64,000 nt of DNA from Bacteroidota bacterium (GTDB taxonomy: Bacteria > Bacteroidota > Bacteroidia > Chitinophagales > Chitinophagaceae), in NCBI GenBank assembly GCA_040386335.1, contig JAZKFT010000063.1, forward strand, positions 1,351 to 65,350, written 5' to 3'. The position numbers and the translations under genes are program-made. Positions 48,016 to 56,818 of this stretch are shown one piece after another (the stretch's first letter is position 1; each line of letters begins with the position of its first letter). A model generated the notes under the pieces. The model worked only from the letters and a program-made list of their open reading frames with translations, ran no database searches and was not told the DNA's origin.

Positions 48016-48058
48016 TTAATGCTGAATTTTTTTTACATTCAATTCAAAATTGCCTGTT

Positions 48059-49222
48059 ATGAAAACATGTTGCTTTACTTTAATTGTTCTTCTTTTTTCT
48101 GTGCTGCTACAGGCACAGCATGTAGGTGTAAACACCAGCGAACCCCAAGCGTCTCTAGATGTAAATGGTGCATTGGCTCTAAGAGCCGCTGCCAACATCC
48201 AGGAGTTAAACCAGCCTGTTTCATTGCTCGACCTCAGCAACCGATCATATGTACGGTTTTTTGTGAACAACGGAAACGGTAATCTGCAAAGGAACATAAA
48301 GCTCAGTGCTGGCGTTCCCGGGCAGATCAGCACCGTCGAATTTACGGGTGCCGGTAACGGTACGCTCATCAACGGGAGTCGGCATGCCGGTGGTGGCAAA
48401 GTGATCCTGGCCGGCGACGTGCTGTTTCAAAACAAAACAATGGTGCTGTCCCTGGTGTTTGTCAACAATAACTGGAGGGAATTGTACAGAACTGAGAACC
48501 TGCCCAATGAAACGGATACGATAAGCGTGACTTACAATATTCCCGGAACCTATTTATTTACAGTGCCGCCCGGCGTGCAACAAATAAGAGTAACCGTGAA
48601 TGGCGCAGGTGGCTGGGGGGGCGGCAGTTTTCCTCCCACCACCGGAAGCGGTGGGCGTGGGGGAAAACTGATTTGCCTCATTAATACTACAGAAGGACAG
48701 CAGCTGGAAGTTGGTATTGGCGCAGGTGGTGGCGTAAATCAAAAAGGAAAGATCACTTATATAAAATCAGGCACTACCTACCTGCTTTTGGCTGGCGCAG
48801 GTGGGAACGGATCTAAAAACGGCGGAGTGGGCGGAGCCGGCGGGTCCGTGGGTGGCAATGGGCTAATCGGCCAGAATTCAATGGGCACAGGCGGTGGTGG
48901 GGCTACCGTGAATGCCGGCGGGGCAGGCGGTATTTCGGGTGGTGCCGGTGCCGGGCAGGCGGGCATAGCACTTACGGGCGGCACCTTGTTTACGTTTAAC
49001 CAGGGTGAAGGTTTTGGTGGGGATGGATGGTTTGGTGGCGGTTCTTCAGGAGCATATACATCTGGAAGCGGCAGCAACCCATGGGCCTCCGGCGGCGGTG
49101 GTGGGGGAAGCAATTACCAGCATTCAACGGTAACCAGTTTACTTAATAACAGCCTGGGTAATGAGGGTGGCTTAGGGGCCGCAAGTGGGGGACACGGCAA
49201 TGTAAAAATTGAATGGTATTGA
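48059..49222 (+). CDS. Exported glycine-rich-domain protein with fibre-type N-terminal module
   Basis: ATG at 48059. Leader ...VLLQAQ, then HVGVNTSEPQASLDVNG. YLFTVPPGVQQIRVTVNGAGGWGGG...GGRGGKL...IGAGGG and further GGxGG runs to the C-terminus. Confidence 0.7.
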   Translation: MKTCCFTLIVLLFSVLLQAQHVGVNTSEPQASLDVNGALALRAAANIQELNQPVSLLDLSNRSYVRFFVNNGNGNLQRNIKLSAGVPGQISTVEFTGAGNGTLINGSRHAGGGKVILAGDVLFQNKTMVLSLVFVNNNWRELYRTENLPNETDTISVTYNIPGTYLFTVPPGVQQIRVTVNGAGGWGGGSFPPTTGSGGRGGKLICLINTTEGQQLEVGIGAGGGVNQKGKITYIKSGTTYLLLAGAGGNGSKNGGVGGAGGSVGGNGLIGQNSMGTGGGGATVNAGGAGGISGGAGAGQAGIALTGGTLFTFNQGEGFGGDGWFGGGSSGAYTSGSGSNPWASGGGGGGSNYQHSTVTSLLNNSLGNEGGLGAASGGHGNVKIEWY

Positions 49223-49658
49223 TCTTCTGTGGGAAATTTTACTTTAATGCGGATACATTGTATGAAATGCCATAAAGACATTTCCCAATGGTTCAGGATA
49301 TAAGAAAAAATTAAATAATTGGATGTTGTCGAATCCTGGTAGCAGCAGAGTTGAAAAGGATATTTTGGCAAGCACATATGTAAAAGTGAATAAAATGTAA
49401 CTGATAAACTTCGAAGCCCTGGTAGCTGATGATTTTATTGCAACGCTGTGATAAAGGCTAGTTCATTAACGTAATGTTGGGATTATCGCTGGAAGCAGCT
49501 TTATAAGTCTGAATCTCCAGACAAAGGGTATTAATGTACGGTCTCCCCATGCAGCTGTCCCTTTCATCCGCCATGTCCTGAAAAGTAAACGATTGTTGAA
49601 CTTTCGTCTAAACGCTGAGTTCATTTCTCGTGTTTTATTATTAGCTTACAATTAGACT

Positions 49659-52037
49659 ATGACTAAGATATGCTGCTTGTGGTTTGTTTTTTTTAACGCT
49701 GTTGTTTTTGCACAGAGCAAAGACAAGAATGAGACGCATACTGTAGTTAGAAACAAGGAGTTGAAAAATGCCACGATTCAAACTACTCCTACAATTTCTG
49801 AATTAATCCTGTTATTGCAAAAACCGGAAACCGTTTCAAAAAAAGTTGACATACTTTATGAGATTGCTGAAGGTTATGCTAACTATCTCAAAATTGATTC
49901 TGCCCTTTTTTATGCCCAAAAAATAAAAGCTGTTTCAGACAGTGCAGGTTACGAAGCTGGTCTTGCTAAATATTATCTCGCCAGGGGTTCTGCTTTATAT
50001 TACCGCAACAAGGGTGTTGAGGTAACACAAAATCTACAGCAGGCAATCAGTTTATTCACACGATACAACAACAACCTTTTTCTTGGCATAAGTTATCACC
50101 AGTTGGCAAGACATACAGCCAACACGAGAGATTATTCAGGAGCGGAAAAATTTTATCGTAAGGCTGTGTCGCTCCTGGTTGGTTCCGGAGATGTTAGCAA
50201 GCTGCAATTTGCTGTCTATAATCTCGGACGAAATTTTTATCTCAGTTTGGAGTTAGATAGTGCTGCTTATTATTTGTCGTGGGGTTTGCGGCTGGCTGAA
50301 GGTATACAGAGTAAACCAAAAATATTTACCATAGCCGCTATGCTTGGTGCGGTGTATTTTACTGCCGGAAATAATAACGAGGCCGAACGGATATTGAGTT
50401 ATGCTTTGGCTAATCAGCCTTCCTTCATCGACAAAGTGCATCTGCGTGGTGTGTTGGCTAATTATGCAGAAGTGCTAACCTCACAAGATAAATATGAACA
50501 AGCCGCAAAAGCAATAACGGACTACGCGAAAATCAATGTTTCGTTTGGAGATGTTTGGGGCCGCATGACAGAGATGAAATTAAAAGGGGCCCTGCTATAT
50601 CGCCAGGGTCATTATGACGCTGCGCTTCGTTATTTACAGGATGGGTATAAACTGAATCCCGGTGAGCATTTATTTGCACATGATTTAATGAATCTTGCTT
50701 CTTATCTCGGAAAAACAGAATTAAAAACCGGGCATGCAGACAGTGCGATTATTCATTTTCATCTCGCAAAAAAGCTGGCAACGGAATCGAATTTTATAGC
50801 CGGAATACTTGAAGGGAACATGCTGTTGGCGGAGGCTTTCCGGCAAAACAATAAAATGGATTCTGCTTACCACTATTTCCATTACTACGCTCATCTTAAA
50901 GATTCTATACTGACTTTTAAAAAAGAAAGAACAGTGATGGAGTTGAGTGCGAAATACAATGCTGAAAAAAAGGAACAACAGATAAAAAATCTGCAAACAG
51001 AAAAGCAGGTGTATGATTTTCAGCTGATGTTGAAAAACAAAACCATTGAGCAGCAAGAGCTGGTTGGACTAAAAAATGCGCAGCAGCTAACACTGCTGAC
51101 ACAACAATCGGAAATAAGCAGGCTGCAGGCATCCGAGAAAAGCCTGGCATTAGAAAACCGTGAAAAAGAGTTTTTAAAGAAACAGAAAGAACTGGAGTTG
51201 TTGCAAAAAGAAAAACAATTACAATCGGCATTGGCAGCAAAGCAGGCACAGCAAAAAAATCTTCTTTTTTTTATTATTGGTGCTGTTTTGTTGTTTGTAT
51301 TATATGGTGCACACCGTTATAAGCAGAATAAGAAATTAACTGAACAACTATCACAATCTCTTATAGATTTAAAACTGGCGCAGGAACAAATAATAAAATC
51401 GGAGAAAGAAAAAGAATCAGAAAATGTCAGGGTAAGCATTAGTCGCGATATACATGATGAAGTGGGTGCTACACTGAGCGGGGTAGCCTTATTTAGTGAA
51501 ATAGCAAAGCAAAAAGTATTGCAGCATAACCAGCAGGATGCACTTGAATATCTTGGCCATATTTCAACCAATTCAAAAGAAATGGTTGAAAAAATCAGTG
51601 ACATTGTTTGGTCTATTAATCCTGAGAATGACAGCTTTGAACGTATCACCGAAAAGCTGAAAGCTTACACCTTAAACTTATGCGCCGGCAGAGGCATTCG
51701 TTTGAGCTTTAACGTAGATGAAAACATAAACAATTTGGCTCCTGCCATGCAGGTACGAAGAAATATTTACCTGTTCTGTAAGGAGGCTATCAACAATGCT
51801 ATAAAATATTCAGGCTGCCGTCATTTTTCGTTTTCATTGCAGTGGGGTACCGGGCATAGTTTGCTGGAGATAAAAGATGATGGCACCGGCTTTAATGAAG
51901 ACACGGTGATAAAAGGCAATGGCCTGAAAAATATGCAGGCAAGAGCTAACGACTTGAAAGCAGACTTTGAATTGAAAACGGGGCCGGGTAAAGGAACAAA
52001 CATAAAGCTGCGTTTTAATTTTCACCCAAACGGGTGA
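49659..52037 (+). CDS. TPR-repeat sensor histidine kinase (signal peptide, about 450-aa TPR region, coiled coil, TM helix, HisKA_3 + HATPase_c)
   Basis: Leader ending VFAQ. Long helical repeat region. Q/K/E-rich coiled coil. TM helix LLFFIIGAVLLFVLYGA. H-box SRDIHDEVGATLSGV. G-box DDGTGF...GNGLKNM. Confidence 0.85.
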   Translation: MTKICCLWFVFFNAVVFAQSKDKNETHTVVRNKELKNATIQTTPTISELILLLQKPETVSKKVDILYEIAEGYANYLKIDSALFYAQKIKAVSDSAGYEAGLAKYYLARGSALYYRNKGVEVTQNLQQAISLFTRYNNNLFLGISYHQLARHTANTRDYSGAEKFYRKAVSLLVGSGDVSKLQFAVYNLGRNFYLSLELDSAAYYLSWGLRLAEGIQSKPKIFTIAAMLGAVYFTAGNNNEAERILSYALANQPSFIDKVHLRGVLANYAEVLTSQDKYEQAAKAITDYAKINVSFGDVWGRMTEMKLKGALLYRQGHYDAALRYLQDGYKLNPGEHLFAHDLMNLASYLGKTELKTGHADSAIIHFHLAKKLATESNFIAGILEGNMLLAEAFRQNNKMDSAYHYFHYYAHLKDSILTFKKERTVMELSAKYNAEKKEQQIKNLQTEKQVYDFQLMLKNKTIEQQELVGLKNAQQLTLLTQQSEISRLQASEKSLALENREKEFLKKQKELELLQKEKQLQSALAAKQAQQKNLLFFIIGAVLLFVLYGAHRYKQNKKLTEQLSQSLIDLKLAQEQIIKSEKEKESENVRVSISRDIHDEVGATLSGVALFSEIAKQKVLQHNQQDALEYLGHISTNSKEMVEKISDIVWSINPENDSFERITEKLKAYTLNLCAGRGIRLSFNVDENINNLAPAMQVRRNIYLFCKEAINNAIKYSGCRHFSFSLQWGTGHSLLEIKDDGTGFNEDTVIKGNGLKNMQARANDLKADFELKTGPGKGTNIKLRFNFHPNG

Positions 52038-52080
52038 AGCCAAATCTGAGATTATTGTAAGTTATTTATCAAAACAAAGA

Positions 52081-52722
52081 ATGGCAATAAGGGTAGCAAT
52101 ATTTGAAGACAATAAACTAATGCGAAATGGCTTTGAAGCCATCTGCAATGGTACCGAAGGACTTATGTGTAGCGGTGCCTTTGCTGATAGTTTTGACCTT
52201 GACTTCAAAATAAAAAAGGCCGCTCCACAGGTTATTCTTATGGATATTGAAATGCCAGGCACTGATGGTATAGCAGCTACACGCCATGTAATAAAAAAAT
52301 GGCCGGAGATAAAAATCCTGATACAAACGGTATTTGAAGATGATGATAAGATTTTTAAAGCTATTTGTGCAGGTGCATCGGGCTATATACTAAAGTCAAC
52401 TTCGCCTGCAAGGTTAGTTGAATCTATCATAGAAGTTTACAACGGTGGCTCGCCTATGAGTCCATACATAGCCAGCCGTGTATTAAAACTTTTTCAGCAA
52501 TTTGCACCCACAGAACAGCAAAACGAAGATTACAGCCTAAGCAGCCGTGAAAAAGAAATTCTTTCACTGATGGTGGAAGGAATCAATTTGCAGTTGATAG
52601 CCGATAAAATTTTCATTTCGTATGAAACGGTGCGCAGTCACGTCAAGCGCATCTACAAAAAGCTTCATGTAGCTTCTGCGTCAGAGGCAGTAGCAAAGGC
52701 AATCAGGCAGCGCATCATCTGA
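52081..52722 (+). CDS. NarL/FixJ-type response regulator (REC + LuxR HTH)
   Basis: VAIFEDNKL, ILMDIEMPGTDG, REC pattern. LSSREKEILSLMVEGINLQLIADKIFISYETVRSHVKRIY. Confidence 0.9.
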   Translation: MAIRVAIFEDNKLMRNGFEAICNGTEGLMCSGAFADSFDLDFKIKKAAPQVILMDIEMPGTDGIAATRHVIKKWPEIKILIQTVFEDDDKIFKAICAGASGYILKSTSPARLVESIIEVYNGGSPMSPYIASRVLKLFQQFAPTEQQNEDYSLSSREKEILSLMVEGINLQLIADKIFISYETVRSHVKRIYKKLHVASASEAVAKAIRQRII

Positions 52723-52837
52723 TCCATTTAATTAGCTGCGTTAATACGCACCCCCAATTTCTTATACAGCCTTAAAATTCACCCACCTGGGGTATAGTTC
52801 AACCTATGCTGCATTCGGAATTTCACAATCTCCTTAC

Positions 52838-54040
52838 ATGCAATTTTTAAAACCAGGTTTTATGAGACAGCTATTTTATGTTCCCGCAGTATTTCTCTTT
52901 GCTGTGGCATTAACGGCAGGTGTATTATCTACATCGGCAAAAAAGAATTATCGTTTTTTCAGCGAACGAAATATTACGACAGCCGAATACCAGTTTGCCC
53001 TTTCCATATTTGCAAGAGAGTTTCCGCCAAAAGACATGATCACACTTACCAATGGAACGGGCTTTAGTAACAGGCCGTATGTAAGACCTTCTATCAATGG
53101 TGGTGTGCAAATGAATCTTGGCGATATATACAGCGATCCCCTTTCTACGCCAAGCAGCAGGGAGCTTTTTGCACATGAGCTAACACATGCCTGGCAGTTA
53201 GAACACTATGGATATGCATGGTACATTAAGCAGGCAATCGGAAACCAGGTGGTAGATGGTGCACCATATGATTATGTATGCGATGCTGCTAAAACGCTGG
53301 GCGACTATAATGCAGAACAGCAGGGTGAAATAGTAAAAGACTACTATAAAAAAAATGTATGTGCCACCGCTGTTGCGCGCCCATTGAGAAGTGCTACATG
53401 GAAATTATTGACAGGAAGCGATGCAGTGGATATGGCTGTTAACAACGATGGCACATACTATATGGTGAATACTGCAGGCATCATTTACAACTATAAAACA
53501 ACAGATAATGACTGGAATAAAATGCAGGGTAGTGCAGGAAAAGCAATCGCCGCCAATGCAGGAAAAGTCTGCATGGTTAATTCGGTTGGAAATATTTACG
53601 AACTAGCTGGAACGGCCTGGAAGAAAATGCCTGGTAGCTCAGGAAAAGATGTTGGTATTGATGCTGATGGAACAATATGGATGGTGAATACTGCCGGTAA
53701 AATTTATAAATACTCAGGTACTAAATGGATGCAGATGCCAGGGAGCGACGCCGCCAGGATAGCTGCAGGTGGAGGACAAGTTTGGATGGTAAATACTGTC
53801 GGTAAAATATATCGATACAATGGCACTAAATGGACCCAAATGTCTGGTAGTGCAGGATTAGATATTGCTGTGGCCAACGATGGTAAAGTTTTTATGACGA
53901 ATAACGTTGGCAAGATTTACCAATGGGGCGGCAATGCGTGGATGCAGCTTGATGGCAATGATGGAAGAAAAGTATCAGCAAATAATAACAAGCTGGTTCT
54001 TGTAAACAAAAAAGGAAGAATGTATTTCAGAACATACTGA
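52838..54040 (+). CDS. Exported HExxH-motif domain fused to a six-repeat tectonin-like beta-propeller
   Basis: Hydrophobic leader (alternative ATG at 52862). HELTH at 53174-53188 (LFAHELTHAWQLEHYG). Six ~35-aa repeats of the type G.IY.Y.GT.W.QMPGS....IA....G.VWMVN (53393-54037). Confidence 0.7.
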   Translation: MQFLKPGFMRQLFYVPAVFLFAVALTAGVLSTSAKKNYRFFSERNITTAEYQFALSIFAREFPPKDMITLTNGTGFSNRPYVRPSINGGVQMNLGDIYSDPLSTPSSRELFAHELTHAWQLEHYGYAWYIKQAIGNQVVDGAPYDYVCDAAKTLGDYNAEQQGEIVKDYYKKNVCATAVARPLRSATWKLLTGSDAVDMAVNNDGTYYMVNTAGIIYNYKTTDNDWNKMQGSAGKAIAANAGKVCMVNSVGNIYELAGTAWKKMPGSSGKDVGIDADGTIWMVNTAGKIYKYSGTKWMQMPGSDAARIAAGGGQVWMVNTVGKIYRYNGTKWTQMSGSAGLDIAVANDGKVFMTNNVGKIYQWGGNAWMQLDGNDGRKVSANNNKLVLVNKKGRMYFRTY

Positions 54041-54083
54041 TAACTGATTAGAAATTTCAAATAAAGACAACCCGAATAGGTTT

Positions 54084-55553
54084 ATGAAAACGATATCTTT
54101 TTATGGTAGCTTTTTAGCCTTGTTCTTTGTTTTGATTGTTCGTTCAGCAATTTGCTTTTCTCAAAACGTAGGCATTGGCACCAACATACCGGTATTTAAG
54201 TTAGACGTAAAAAACGGCAGCATCAATACCGATTCAGTTTATCGCATTAGCAGCAAAACAGTGTTGTCAATAAAAGGAACGCATAATACTTTCATTGGCA
54301 TTGGCGCCGACAGTTCTATTACGACCGGAAGTAATAATACTGCTTCGGGCTACCAGGCACTTTATTTCAATACAACCGGGGAAATTAATACAGCTATTGG
54401 CACCACTGCACTATACAACAACATGACTGGTTATAGAAACGTTGCTATTGGCAGCAGTGCACTTTATACTAACACAAGCGGTTATTATAATACGGCTGTT
54501 GGTGCACTGGCTCTTGCAAATAGTACAGCTTCGGAAAATACAGCGGTTGGTTATTATACGCTGGCTTTTAATACAACAGGGCGGCAAAATACTGCAACCG
54601 GGGCTTCAGCACTTAGAACCAATACTATCGGGGATTATAATACAGCAATTGGTTACGCTGCACTATATACTAACACAACCGGTGACAGGAATACAGCTAC
54701 CGGCAATGAAGCACTTCGTAGTAACATCACTGGCTTTAGTAATACAGCGAATGGCCATATGGCTTTGCATTCAAATACAATGGGCCCGAATAATACGGCT
54801 ACGGGCAGCGGTGCACTTGATGATAATACGACTGGTAGCGATAATACCGCTACAGGTCTTGGAGCTCTTGGCGATAATTCAACTGGATATGACAATACTG
54901 CTACCGGAGTTCTTGCACTCTGGCATAATTCAACCGGGCATGCTAATGCGGCTTACGGGAACCAGGCACTCTCTGCCAACACAACCGGGCAATTCAATAC
55001 AGCCATTGGGGTTGAGGCTGATGTTACTTCAGGGAATTTAATACTTGCGACTGCGATTGGCTACAACGCAAGAGTGGATGCCAACTACAAAGTACGTATT
55101 GGCAGCACAGGTGTAACATCCATTGGCGGGCAAGTAGGTTGGAGTAATTTTTCCGATGGCCGTTATAAACAAAATATACAGGAAAATGTACCTGGAATTT
55201 CATTCATCAATAAGCTTCGCCCAGTAACATACACAGTGGACATAAAAAGTCTTGACGAGCGTTATTATAAATTAAAACCTGGCATTGCTACTGCTGCAGG
55301 TAATTCATATTGTCATACTGGTTTTATTGCACAGGAAGTAGAACGCAGTGCATTAGAACTTGGCTTCAGCTTCAGTGGAGTAGATAAACCCCAACAACCC
55401 AATGGACTCTACGGTTTACGTTATGCAGAATTTGTAGTGCCACTGGTGAAAGCAGTACAAGAGCTGTCAAAAGAAAACAACGAGTTAAAAAATCAAAACA
55501 AGGAATTGCTTGAGCGTATTGTGTCAATTGAAAAAATCTTAAAAACTAAATAG
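54084..55553 (+). CDS. Tail-fibre-like exported protein, paralogue 1: N-module + 13 x 17-residue repeats + S74 intramolecular-chaperone domain
   Basis: Leader ...ICFSQ, then NVGIGTNIPVFKLDVKNG. Repeats follow NTA.G..AL..NT.G... The C-terminus has SDGRYKQNI...LRPVTYTV...HTGFIAQEVE...YGLRYAEFVVPLVKAVQEL plus a coiled coil. Confidence 0.8.
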   Translation: MKTISFYGSFLALFFVLIVRSAICFSQNVGIGTNIPVFKLDVKNGSINTDSVYRISSKTVLSIKGTHNTFIGIGADSSITTGSNNTASGYQALYFNTTGEINTAIGTTALYNNMTGYRNVAIGSSALYTNTSGYYNTAVGALALANSTASENTAVGYYTLAFNTTGRQNTATGASALRTNTIGDYNTAIGYAALYTNTTGDRNTATGNEALRSNITGFSNTANGHMALHSNTMGPNNTATGSGALDDNTTGSDNTATGLGALGDNSTGYDNTATGVLALWHNSTGHANAAYGNQALSANTTGQFNTAIGVEADVTSGNLILATAIGYNARVDANYKVRIGSTGVTSIGGQVGWSNFSDGRYKQNIQENVPGISFINKLRPVTYTVDIKSLDERYYKLKPGIATAAGNSYCHTGFIAQEVERSALELGFSFSGVDKPQQPNGLYGLRYAEFVVPLVKAVQELSKENNELKNQNKELLERIVSIEKILKTK

Positions 55554-55560
55554 GGCCGAT

Positions 55561-56799
55561 ATGAAAAACATATTCCTGTTGCTGCTATCCATTCTGTGTT
55601 TTCCTGTTTCGGTATTCACGCAAAACATAGGCATTGGCACTAACATACCTGCATTTAAGTTAGACGTAAAAAACGGCAGCATCAATACCGATTCAGTTTA
55701 TCGCATTAGCAGCAAAACAGTGTTGTCAATAAAAGGAACGCATAATACTTTCATTGGCATTGGCGCCGACAGTTCTATTACGACCGGAAGTAATAATACT
55801 GCTTCGGGCTACCAGGCACTTTATTTCAATACAACCGGGGAAATTAATACAGCTATTGGCACCACTGCACTATACAACAACACGAGTGGTTATAGAAACG
55901 TTGCCATTGGCAGCAGCGCACTTTATACGAACACAGCCGGTTATTATAATACGGCTGTCGGTGCACTGGCTCTTGCAAATAGTACAGCTACGGAGAATAC
56001 GGCTGTTGGTTATTATACACTTGCTTTTAATACAACAGGGCGGCAAAATACTGCAAGTGGTGCTTTAGCACTTACAAGTAATACCATTGGGGATTATAAT
56101 ACAGCTAATGGTTACTCTGCACTATATTCTAATACTTCAAGCAATGGAAATGTAGCAATTGGTTACCATGCACTTTACAGCGCAACCAGCGGATTCAATA
56201 CTGCTATTGGAGCTTACACGATGGATGGCAATATAAATGGTTCGCTTAATACTGCGATAGGTTGTTATGCAGATGTGAGTCCGTACAATGGCAACATAAG
56301 CAATTCTATTGTCATTGGTAATAGTGCAATTGTTGATGGAAGCAACAAGGTAAGGATAGGCAACGGCATCATTACTTCCATCGGAGGACAAGTAGGCTGG
56401 AGCACATTTTCTGATGCCAGGTATAAGCAAAATATAGAGGAAGATGTGCCAGGCATTTTATTCATCAATAAACTTCGTCCCGTAACATACACGGTAGATA
56501 GCAAAAGCCTTGCTGAAAATTATTACAAATTAAAACCCGGCATTGCTTCTTCCTCTAACAATTCATATCGCCATACTGGTTTTATTGCACAGGAAGTAGA
56601 ACGCAGTGCATTAGAACTTGGCTTCAGCTTCAGTGGAGTAGATAAACCCCAACAACCCAATGGACTCTACGGTTTACGTTATGCAGAATTTGTAGTGCCA
56701 CTGGTGAAAGCAGTACAAGAGCTGTCAAAAGAAAATGACGAATTAAAAAATAAAATCAAGGAATTGCTTGAGCGTATTGTAGCAATAGAAAAAATGTAA
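55561..56799 (+). CDS. Tail-fibre-like exported protein, paralogue 2
   Basis: Same architecture as paralogue 1. 230 nt of the 5-prime part and 164 nt of the 3-prime part are identical to paralogue 1. SDARYK motif. Confidence 0.8.
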   Translation: MKNIFLLLLSILCFPVSVFTQNIGIGTNIPAFKLDVKNGSINTDSVYRISSKTVLSIKGTHNTFIGIGADSSITTGSNNTASGYQALYFNTTGEINTAIGTTALYNNTSGYRNVAIGSSALYTNTAGYYNTAVGALALANSTATENTAVGYYTLAFNTTGRQNTASGALALTSNTIGDYNTANGYSALYSNTSSNGNVAIGYHALYSATSGFNTAIGAYTMDGNINGSLNTAIGCYADVSPYNGNISNSIVIGNSAIVDGSNKVRIGNGIITSIGGQVGWSTFSDARYKQNIEEDVPGILFINKLRPVTYTVDSKSLAENYYKLKPGIASSSNNSYRHTGFIAQEVERSALELGFSFSGVDKPQQPNGLYGLRYAEFVVPLVKAVQELSKENDELKNKIKELLERIVAIEKM

Positions 56800-56818
56800 A
56801 AAACTAAATAGGGCTGAT

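Noticed and set aside
48778-49113. Proline-rich 111-aa antisense ORF (PPPPPEAHGLLPLP...), plus 48016..48399 and 48554..48742
   Set aside because: They are the reverse complement of the Gly-rich coding tracts (GGN codons read as NCC = Pro). They have no independent start context.
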